Part shown: piece by piece, positions 38,701 through 49,870 of the stretch
How positions within the stretch are numbered: position 1 is the first letter of the stretch
Layout: every line of letters starts with the position of its first letter
NCBI GenBank assembly: GCA_013265495.1
Contig: MU061578.1
Coordinates: 1,001,308-1,065,307, forward strand
Length of the DNA: 64,000 nucleotides
Direction of reading: 5' to 3'
Source of the DNA: Vicugna vicugna
Lineage: Eukaryota
The notes under the pieces: model-generated
Databases searched by the model: none
Told to the model about the DNA's origin: nothing
Seen by the model: only the letters and a program-made list of their open reading frames with translations
Position numbers and translations under genes: made by a program

Positions 38701-41700
38701 CGCCCACACTTTGTCAGCTCTGCTTCATTCACAGGGAGTCATCTCCCGCGCATCCCACAGCCCCCTTAGGCACGGGCGGACCAAACTGATTTTGTTTACA
38801 AGGCTGCAATTTCTCTTCCAGAAGACTATTATTTGCCTGACAAACTACACTGTTTTTATCCGGCCAATATGAATAAACAAGCATTATGTTTTCTCTTGGG
38901 GCAGAGAGCCTGGTTAAATGAATCAGAAAACCCTAAAAAAAGATTGTCTACCCTCAGTCCATCAGCCACTGGACAATTACTCAAGGGCCAGCTGTAAGGG
39001 AAACAGATGGCGTGAGCTCTAATAACGTGGGCTTTCTCCACTCACTCGGGCAGAGGCAGAAGCGGCCGGGTGTACGTTCTGACACAGAAACCGCCACGAA
39101 ATGGCAGGCAGAGCTGTCGAATGGCGCGGGACTCGGGGCCAGGGACTAACGGATGCTTACGATTTTCAGGCGTGAATGTTGGATGAAATATTCTTAAGGC
39201 AGAGGCAGTCCAAGTCCCGCTGCAGTCAATACCCCCTCCCCCATAGATTTCTAAAATGGAAGAAACAGAGGGGGAGCCCCAGCCCACCTGAGACAGGAGA
39301 CTTAGCTGGCTGATGAGAGCCCAGCGATTCACGTCTTTCCCCCTTAACTGGAAAAATCAGAGAAGCCAGGAAGATCGGTTAATTAACCAGTTTATGACAT
39401 AGGATCTCTCTACACAGAGGGACCTAGGCCCTAGCAGAGAGTCACCCAGCCCTGGGAGTGTGTTCATCCCGACCACTTAAATTCCTTAAACAATTCAGAC
39501 GTGAGGATAATCTATCCTAATTTCTTTTCTGCCTTATCGACACCATCGACTACCCCCAATCCACAGCACAATCTAATAAATCAACACGGGATTAAGCCGA
39601 GAAGAACGAAGGTGATAAAATGCCATTTGGTCCCCTATAAATCATCAGATTGAGCAGCACAAGGTAAGTAACTAGAATGAGAATTGGACTCTTCAACGCA
39701 GCCATAATTGTTATGGCCTCCCTAACGTTCCTCAAATTTATAACCGCGGCAGGTACATGGAGGGGATTCCCCCTCCTACAGCCTCCGTGTGAGAGCCCAC
39801 CTTCCCGGCGACACTTAAGTTCCCAGATCCACTTTCTAATTAAAGACAGAAAGGGTTGATATGCAGGTTTCAGTTCAACTGCTTTCGATCTGAAGATGTC
39901 CACAGTGAGCAATGGCTTCATTTACCAGGAATTACCCTTTGCACAAACCACTTCACTATTTAAAACAAACCACATGGATCATCATTAAGTGGGAAAAATG
40001 ACCAATCCTGGGGTATTGACGGGGGCTTGGCCCACTTTGGAGGCTCCCTTCCCCCTTTTCCCACTTTTAACGTGGGTTTTAAGCATTTGACTTGTTTTAA
40101 AATTTAGGCTGATAAAAAGGTTCTGAGTGAGTAGGATTGGACAGATGAGAAGCTTTCTTAGAACAGGACTGGGAGACACTGATGGTGGTTTAGGAGCAGG
40201 GAAAACGAAGATAATATGCTACTTATCCCCTTTCAGGGAGTTAGAACTCGGCGTGAAGCAGCTCTGGGGGAAATCTGGCACGCAACGTGCGTCAGAAAAC
40301 AGACCTCGTCTGCTCTGTTCGTAGCCTCACCACACCTTACCACGCCATGCCCCTTGGTGTGCTCGCTGTGACTTAGGATGGAAATCAAGCATCCGTAGAT
40401 TTGTTTGTTTGTTACAAACGTGTGTGTGTTGGTTTTCTATTTGTCTATGAAAAAGAAAATGCATTCTCTTTCGACCCAGCTCACAGTAAACCCCCCCAAT
40501 TTGGAATCTGTATTCAGAATTTTCCCTCAAGGAAGACTGTTTCATTGAATACCTGCTTTGGAATTCTGGGCACATTCTGTACAGGGGATGTGTGAGTCTG
40601 AATTTCACCTGGGGGAAGAAGATTCACCACCAAAGAAGACGCCAAACAGATCCACTGCAGTGTATCAAGAACAGAGGCTGAAGGAGGAACTTCCCCTAAA
40701 CAGCAAGATTGAAGCCAGCTGCTACAGTGCTCACCTGTCCCTTCCATTGAAAAATGGTCCACCATCACAAGATACATGCTATGTCCTGGAGGTATACAGA
40801 TGTGGGGATATATGCCTGTGATGACATCACTGGATTCCAGACCTAGGTGCCAAAAGGACTATCTGACATTATCCCATCTTACAGTTCCAAACTGTAGTAA
40901 CATCTCCAGTGTTAAAAGAGGGGAGAGAAAAAAAACCAGACATTTTAACTGTAAGAAAATACTTATTTAAAGTAGAGTTACTGGGAAATGTAAATCAACG
41001 AAATGGAATTAATCAAATAATTTAAACACGGAAGTCACCTCTTGTTTGGCTTGAATAAAGAAGTTCTTTGTGGTAAAAGGGTTATGTCATTTGCACTTGG
41101 TCATTCAGGGTAGACTCGATGCTTGAGGTACCCCAACTGATTTTTACTTTTATGAGTGGTTTTAGGGACAAAATTGGGAGGGCTTAGGAAGAGAGGTTGG
41201 ATGTCAAGACTGAGGCAAAGAAAGCAAATGATGAGGTAATTTTCCTTTGATATTGGATGAGAAACGAGCACTGTATGAAACTTCATTCCAGGAAAATATA
41301 TTTCAGAGACAACTCGATGGCCCCTAATCAGAGTTTGTGTCTTTCTTTATAAAACAGAATGATAAAGCCTCCAAAACAAGACAGCTGTGCTTTAATTATT
41401 TTCTTATGCAATTGGTGACCTGAATGACAAAGACTCCTGAAATATGCTGATTGCTAAATAATAATAAAATAAAAAGGTTTCCAATGCAGGTGCCATTGAT
41501 CATAGATCTTGCCTGACCCGGCCATTTGAGTAACGTACCCTGAGAGTACAGGTTAGCCCTCTGGTCATCAAAATTAAACAAAGATACAGGAAAAACTATA
41601 CATTAACAGCAGACGGAAAATACAATGGCCTTGCGCGGATGGAAGATTGTAGATTGTATCGGCAAGTGGTTTGTGGAGATTGAAGTGATCCATTTCACAC

Positions 41701-42584
41701 CTTTAATCGGCCAATTGTCTGGACTGCCTGAGACGTCTCCACAACTATCATGTCGGCAATGGAGAGATGACCTGCAGGTATGGCTCTCCCACCCTGCCAG
41801 TGAGCCCTGAGCAAGGTGGGCGGTATGGCTGGAAAACCCGATTCTCAACCAGACAGGCAAAAAGAAATGTCTGCTTGCACTATACTTCAGGCATTTAGTG
41901 AAACTCAGAAAAAAATGCACACATGCACATGCACACACACACACACACACACACCACGGTCTGACGTGATATCTCAGCTTCACCTTTTCAACACCTTCAC
42001 TGAAAGCATTGCAAGCTTTTTCGGGGGTGGTAGGGGCAGGAGGTACATTCCAAAACACATTTCAAAACCCACCTCCGCCTATTGTCATATGGAACCACTA
42101 TACTGATTTAGTCACTTCTAAATATTTGTTATGGCTGACAGCATTCCCTTTGAGCCTCCCCTTCTCAGATTAAGCGTTTTTTTCCCTCTTGGAAGAGACT
42201 GCCCTGCAGATGCTGAAAACCCCTACGTTCATCCCATACACTTGTCCTTTTTGTTGCAAGAATAACCTCTCAGTCAAAGTCACTGTCTTCTTTCCTGAGT
42301 TGTGCACCCCCCTCCCCCAAAGCAAACCAACTGAACAACCTAGAAGGAAGGAACATCAATTTACTTTAAAAAGAGTAATGCACAAAGATACTGTGAGAAC
42401 GCTGAATATCTACAGCATTTTACTTGTCAGGAAACGCTGCTCAGATTGATTAATAAATAACAGAAAAGAAGTGAATACTGGAGGCAAAAAGATCACCTCA
42501 TATTAATAATTTGATTAAATTCAACTGAGGCTTAGTGTCTGCAGAAAAGCTCATTAGGACACTTTTCTGGTGGGTAACTGGTAT

Positions 42585-42621
<37 letters not shown>

Positions 42622-43699
42622 GCACTCACAGCGCAGGCACAGAAATGGCAGAAGTAGATGAATCATATCATATGTTACCAGTGGCTCTTGGGAAATGTTT
42701 CCTGGCACAATTTACCTAATGACAAATGGAAGAAGACAATATTTGAAAGGATAAACCAGTTTGTTCCTAAGATATTAAAACCACGAGAGAAAAAAAAAAA
42801 GCCTGTTCTCAAAAAGACTTGAAGCAGAAAATAAGCCTAAGAAACATTTTTTGGAGGCAACCAACTTGATAACAAATTACCCAAATGTTCAAAACAGAAT
42901 CTTGACCTTTTATGAACACATAGATTCCTATAACCCAGACTGAAACTGAGGATCTTTGGAGGAGGCCCCTCAGAACACTTGTGAAGGAAGTTTAGTCAAC
43001 CACAACTACACATAGTTAACGCAGGGTAATCTTGAAGGAGTCGATCAACAGACAGATAAAAAGACTACAATCGCATTAACTCTACATAGAGCAGAACGGT
43101 GGTCCTGCGAAGGGAGATGGATTCCCATTTGCATGTCAAAATCCTTCCTTCTCACTCTGCCCGCTCACCTCCATAACCCCTGCCCAGAGAGGCAGAGCTG
43201 GGCTGTTCCCCAAACCCAGGAACCCACTTAGGTGGCAGCCCTACCAGTAAAGAAGGAAAAAGAGACAGAAGGTCCGAGGGAAATAGCCAAAGACAGAGAG
43301 AAACACAATGAAAGATTCTGAAATATACACAAAATAGAAAATAAAACACAATCCCTCAACAAGACCTTTAAGGGGGAGTGGAGGAGAGAGAGAGAGGAAA
43401 AAACAAAGCATTTATACATTCCAACAAAGACAGCATCCTAAACCACTACGCCTTCATCACAGCATTGCCAGTGAGTTTACAGGCAGATTCTGGGGTTGAC
43501 ACGCTCCAGAAAAACCCAAAGCCTTGGACCCCAAGCGTACTGAATATAGCATAACCAGACAAACTTAAGAAAACAAAAAAATACTCAGCACATACACACA
43601 TACACATAAGCTTTTGCACTCCCAATTAACATAGCTGGATTAAAACTCCAGGCACCCAGATGCCTCCGCAAAGATTCAAAGTCTTAGCATCAAAGAGGT

Positions 43700-45350
43700 C
43701 TTAGACTCAGATCGCCCCTGGACGCACTGACACGGGAAAGATGCGAGTAAGGAGAATACAGTTTGCAATTTTGAACTCCCGGTACCCAGGCTCGGAACCT
43801 GGCGTTCAAACTATCCAGAGAGGTGCAAAAGCAGCTGGGCGCGGGGTGTCCTGGATCCACAGAGAACTCGGGGCTCCGATCCACCCCTCCCTCGCGTCCA
43901 AACGCAGGCGCCCCCTCCCCAAACCCATCCGAGGTACCAAAGCGCATCCCAGCGACGACACGGGTACCGAGTCCGCCGAGCCCCAGGAAGCAGCCACCGA
44001 GGGAAGACGCGCGCCTTACCTGCTGTAAGTACATAAAAGTCAAGGCACACGAGAGCTGGGGACACATGCCCACGTTGGGGAGCGCCACGCAGGTGGCCCC
44101 CGTCAGAGGATGCTGCATCGTGTCTCTCTGGCGCCCGCCGAGCACGAGTGGGGACGCGCGCATGCAACCACGCCGCTCTTTGCCTGGTTGCTATAATATA
44201 TATATATGTATTTTTTAAATTTTGCTGATTATCTAAGTCCAAACCCGGCGGCTGCCTCCCTTCTCTCTCTCTTTCTCTCTCTCCCTCCCCCCTCGCCGCA
44301 CCCCGCGCGCGTTGGTCCCTCCTCCCTCGCTTTCCTTCCCTTTGGGTGAGCTAGATCCCGGCGTTCCTCTGCCTCCAACTAAGACACTTGGGAGGGCCGG
44401 GAAACTATTTTGTTCCCTTCGTGGCTGCGCCGGCTTTTTCCCCCCTGGTTTGTTGGGCCTGCTTTCTGATGCCCCTCAAAGTGGAGGGTGTCCCCCGCCC
44501 CCCGCCCCCGGGAAGATGACAAAATAAGCAAAGCAACTTCTATGAAAGGTAGAGGGGGGCGGATGCCCTCCTGTGCATGCTGAGGAGTGGGGGTGGGAGT
44601 GGATAAAGCTAAGGGCGAGAGAGAGAGAGGGAGGGAGGGGGAGAAAGGAGGGGGGAGAGAGAGAGAGAGGGAGAGAGATTTAGACTCACACTGAGGTTCA
44701 CTCCGTTCGTGCTGATGCTGCTGTCTCCTCATTTGTCAAATGGGTCCAGGGGCAGGTTTTTTTTTTCCCTCCCCTTTGCTTTTTTTTTTTTTTTTTAACC
44801 CCATCCTCAACTCTAACCAATTATCACCTAACAAAAGTTAGGCATTTAAGAGAGCGAGCGCCCCACATCGCCAGCATCCAGGCGAGCTGGACGATTAATG
44901 CGATTGCCCAGCCGGGACCCAGCGTCTCAGATTCGGGTGGCGGTGTGTTTGCCGGACTCGTTGGCAAATAAAACACAGAAATGGGATTCCCTCTCTTAGA
45001 GTGCCGGGATGACGCGAGGGGCTGGGGGCAGGGGGAGCTGGGGCCGCCGGGGCCCGCACGCCCCTCGCAGGGCGGCTGAGGCGGGCGGTGCACTCCCCCC
45101 CGCGCCCGCTCCCCCGGCGTTCGGGCGCAGCCTTCGCTCGGCGCCTTGCCGTGGCTGGGCAAGCAGCAAGGGAGCTCGCCCACCAGCCCCGACCCGCCGA
45201 GTGGGAGAAACCGCCCTGGCCGGGGCTGGCGTGCAAATCCAGCCTGTTGGACTAACACGCCAGCCCTGAGCGAATTCAAGGGGTTTCTCCCAGCCTAGGA
45301 TGCCCGCTCTTCCCAAATTATAAACGCACAGGGTGGGGACGTCCGGCTCT
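43700..45350. promoter_or_regulatory. CpG island / promoter of the 44 kb first exon
   Basis: Sharp rise in GC and CpG density (e.g. 43830-44180, 44850-45260), GC-box-like motifs, GA/CT polypurine tracts (44260-44292, 44612-44678), no interspersed repeats. Confidence 0.85.
44020..44118 (-). CDS. RBFOX1: Alternative first coding exon in a CpG island, 33 codons MQHPLTGATCVALPNVGMCPQLSCALTFMYLQQ (48 codons if the in-frame AUG at 44163 is used), phase-0 donor
   Basis: ATG with -3A (acacgATGc), open frame to a strong donor CAG|GTAAGG at 44020/44019. It has the same strand, phase and terminal Gln as the 16.4 kb exon, so it is compatible with the same downstream acceptor. It lies in a CpG island. 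Confidence 0.8.
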
Positions 45351-48300
45351 GATAAGAGATTACTCCGTGGGCTGCATCAGGCAAATTACAACGGTTTATT
45401 TATTTTATTTTTTTCCTGCCTGGCCAGCCCTCCTCGGCCACATTAGCATTCCACTCTTGCAAAGGGGTCTCCCCCTTCCCCTTTATTTTATGAAGTAATA
45501 ATTATTCATTAGTAGATTTCGTTAGTCTTTATGCAATAAAATAGGATGTGATCTGCAAATCAAAAGAAAATATTAAGACTCTAACGAGTCCTTGGTCCCC
45601 ACAGGAAAAAAAAAAACAAACAACAAAAAAGCAGCACATTCTTGGCAGGCGTAAAAGCATGATCAGGAATACTGGCCCTATTTTGTGATATAGATTTTGA
45701 CCCAATGATTGGATTTTCTTTTTCTTTCTCAGAGCCAGAGGCTGTCTGAACAGCATCTTTTTTGACTGTTGGGTTCCCGGCAAGAAGCCTTGCGAGGAGT
45801 CGGGGGCTTGCCCCCGCCCTGAAGGACAGGGCGCACAGAGTGATGGGGGCGCCCTCGGGGAGGAGCATTTTGGACAGGGCGAGGGACAGGCCATCAGGGG
45901 CATTCCCATTGACCCTTCTGTGAGGCTCCTGGGGACACGCAGCCAAATGACAGCTCCTGAACTGAGCCATCAGATCACAAGGCACAACTCACTTTGCAGG
46001 CTAATCAAAATGCTTTCTGAAAGAAAAGGAAATTAATTATTCCACAGCTTCATTTTTTTGTTGTTGTTCTGTTTTGAGACGCCATCAATAACTACAAAGT
46101 CTTCACTCTGCCAAACACCAGGCTCCAACCAGGCGGCTTCTTTCTACTCCTCACCTTGCAAGACTAGTCTCTCCAACGCTCTGGGAGTTGCACATCCCAC
46201 CAGTTTAGAGGGGACACAGCAGGATGCTAACCCCCAAGCAGAAGTTGGTGTGGAGGATTAGGGGAGGACAGGCTGGTGTTTTACAATGCTTTTTTTTTTT
46301 TTTTTTGGCAGGGAGTGGGTGGCAGTGGTTACTTAGAAAAATCCTGGCTCTGTGTTGTCTCACATTCATCAGACCAGGTCTGATTTACAAATAAACTGTT
46401 TCTCTTTCTCTTTTTTTTTCTTTCTTCTTTTCTAACTTTCTGCCTGTTTTTCGTTTAAAAAAATTTTGCAATTCACAAATTCAAAGGGAAAACCATCCCA
46501 CAAAACTGAAATGAAATGAAGGGTCAAAGAGTCTGCTTTTCCAGTCCTTCCTCTCTTCTTCCCATCCTTTCCTTTTGCCTCAGGCAATCTGCTGTACTGA
46601 CAGGGGTTCACTGTGCTAGCCTTTATTTTTTTTTTTCCTTGCTGGCATTGGAAAAGCCTGTGAGTGCCCCAAGAAGAGGACAGAATTTTCCCTTCAGCTC
46701 ATTTTCATAAGAAACACGATAAATAATACATGGTACTTTAATAAGACCTTATCTGAATGGTTTAATGAAAAACAAATACATTACGTAAGGAACCAATAAC
46801 TGCTCTCGGCTGTACTGAGCCAACACTGGTTTTCCGGTCTCCCCAAAGTTGAAAACCCTCAGTGGTGACTGGATTCCTACAGACCCATTTTACACTAATG
46901 GCTCACACTTTCTCTTAAACTTAAGTCTCCACAGTCCAGGGAATTGGGAGTCTGCAAAGTGAAATGGTAGACTCCGGACCTTCTAAACGCATCTCAGAAT
47001 TATTCAGAGCTAGGCTGCCTTCTCTGGACAACCAAGTCCGAACATTCCGGCACAACTGCATGCAAACTGATTGATGCAAACGTGATTACTCACACAGACA
47101 GATACACAGCCCATCAACCCGGTATAAAGGATGGGGGCAGGGAAGATTTTGCAGTGGCTAGTATCAGCACTCCATTAACCAGGAACACAGCATCGGATGA
47201 CCGCAAATCAGATGGTAGTGCCCTAGCTGCTAGCCTTTTAAGCAGTATCTGGGGATGCTGGATTTGAATTCCATATCAACAGAGACTAAGAAAGAGCCAC
47301 ATCAAGGCTACTAGCTCCCAAGCGGATCTTCCACTCGGAAGTGGGAAAAGAAAGTACTCTTCTCTCTCTCTGCAAAGAATCCCTGGGCACTCAGTACCAC
47401 TTGGGCGTGCATACTGCAGGCACATTCAAGGGCCACCCTCCTGCCTTTCAGCTACAAGGACCCTTCATTGAATGTTAGCCCTGGAGGAAGCAGAGAGGGT
47501 GCCGGAAAACTAGCAACGAGCGATGCTGTCTTCAGATGAAACTTTCTTGAGCGGAAGGCGACTGTTCCAGTTTCAATCTGACCCACACCACAGTGTTTGC
47601 AACTTTTTCCTTCCCTCAAATTTGCCAGCTATTCAAAATAGTTTTAAAATGTTCTCTTTTTTTCCTCTTCTCTCTTTCATAATTCCTTATTAGAATTTCC
47701 TAAGGGTGTCAAAAAGGCAGACATTTAGCTAAAAGAAGATCTTCTATGGGGGGTGCTGTGCCTCAGAGCAAGGAAAACTCCAGTTAGACAGAAGGAAGGA
47801 CTTCTTGATCTTGAATGTAATTTTCCACAGTGGAGTTAGCTCCCTGACAATGCCAAAAAGTGGCTTAGAAGTATTTTACTGTCACTTCCAAATTTTGACA
47901 CGGCAACGACATATTCTCAGTCTTCAGGAAAGCGAGAATGAAAGTCTCTGTAGGAACCTTTGTTGTTTATTATCTCGATCACAAGCACTTGATCACAATC
48001 CTCTTGTTCAAACACTTAAACGATATTTTGTGAGTGTTGGTTACCTCAGGCGCTGGTCTCATCACGAAGGCTCTATCAGTGGGAGAAGGCGAAGATCCCT
48101 GACATTATACAGTTTACATCCTGGCGAGAGTGTCATCAAACAAAGATCAAATAAGTAAATTGTACGGAACCTAGAAGGTGATGAGTGCTGTGCAAAAAAT
48201 GAAAAAACAGGATCAGGGAATCGAGGACACCAAAGTAAGGAGGGTTGGGCAGGTTGCAGTAAACACGGTATAAAAAGTATGCTTGCTCTGCAAATGCAGA

Positions 48301-49179
48301 TTCAGCTTCAAGAAAAGCCTCCTTGCATCCTTGACCCTTCAAATCCGATTGCCAAGCCCCAGATTTGCCTAGTGTACTCATTCTGGAGTTCCTGTGGGTC
48401 AGTCTACTGAGAGTGGTGGTGGGAAGTCTGGCGGCGCCAATAACTAAAAATGGGGAAGATTCTCACCTGCATGCAGAACCACTTGAAGGGTGGAGTTTGA
48501 TACAGTGTCTGACACACTCAGAAAATACTGCATCAGTGGTTGGGTGGGTGGATGGACTGATGGGTAGATAGGTAGATGGACGGATGAATGAATGAATACA
48601 ATAGCAGTTCAGAGCAAATTACTTCTTGTTATCTCCTTCTGCTCAAGAAACCCACAGATTCTGAGTTTAATTGATTTTTTTTTAGCTCTTGGTATATTAA
48701 GAGTTGAGTTCTCGGCCTCTAGAATGAGATCTCAGCCCCCGAGGGTCTCTCCGAGCTACCCTGGGGCAGCCCTATTTCTCAGACTGTTCTTTGGGCAAAG
48801 CATCTGCACCCCATGGCAAGGAGTTACGGGGCTGAGGATTCAGCACGGCTCAGACAACCACGGCGTTCCTCTTTCAGATACGGGGCCATGTCTCGGGCAG
48901 AACCGATTCCAACCATTTGGAGACAGTTGCCTTGCATGTCATGGAAGGATTGAGGCTGGAGATTTGAGTCCATTTCTGAGTCAAGGACCCTCAAACTCCA
49001 CTAGCTTTGTAGCCTGGGTGTGCAGTGCTGGTGAGTATGAGGATGCTCAGTTCACAACTAGCTCCCCACAAAGGCTCTTTTCAAAATCATATTGGTTGTT
49101 TAGAACAGTTAACCACGATCCTCTACACACAAGCTGAACCCCAATTAATACATAAAATCAACTAATTAAATAAATGAAA

Positions 49180-49621
49180 CACTTGACAATGCTACCTAGT
49201 ATTGATGTAGCTGTGGAGAAATGGGTAGGCTCAGACACAAATGGCGAGAGTTTATACTGGGACGGCTCTGGAGATGACAGTTTGACACTCACTCTCAACA
49301 TTTTAAATATGCTTACCTTTCGACTTAATTATTTGAGTTGTAGATATCTGTCCTGCAGAAATACCTGAGATGGGCACAGAGATACATGTACCAGGATATT
49401 TTTTCCCAGCATGGCTTGTAAAGGCGAATGAGCAGAAGCAACAGAAGAACAGTGCAACACAGTACGACACATACATCCAGTGCAGCTATTAGAAAGAGTG
49501 TGGTACATCTCTGTCTTTCCTTGGAAAGATCTCTAGAAAAGATCTTTAAGGAATTTCAGGGCACATATCAATTTCATACGTGACAGCCAAACCCAACCAA
49601 CCCAGCAACGAACCCCCACAA

Positions 49622-49656
<35 letters not shown>

Positions 49657-49870
49657 ATGGAGAAATAGAGACATACACACAGGCAAATGTGGATGTATTA
49701 ATATAAATACAAATATATACACATATATAAAATGTATGGAAAAGGCTCTGGAAAGATACAAATCAAGTGGCAAATTTGCTTACTTCTAGAGCAATGAAGC
49801 AGAAAAGGGAGCGGGGAGACCTTCAATTTTTACTCTCTATGGATGTACATTATTTGAATTTTCATAAGAA
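49180..49870 (+). mobile_element. Ancient L1M 3' fragment with (TG)n at 49624-49654
   Basis: gatgtagctgtggagaaatggg..., gatacatgtaccaggatatt...cagcatggcttgtaaaggc, typical of degraded L1 ORF2 tail/3' UTR. Confidence 0.6.

Noticed and set aside
43690..44019. C-terminal 109 aa of the 157-aa ORF, and other ORFs at 43741-45316
   Set aside because: Read-through past a strong donor into GC-rich intron; CpG islands are stop-poor in all frames.
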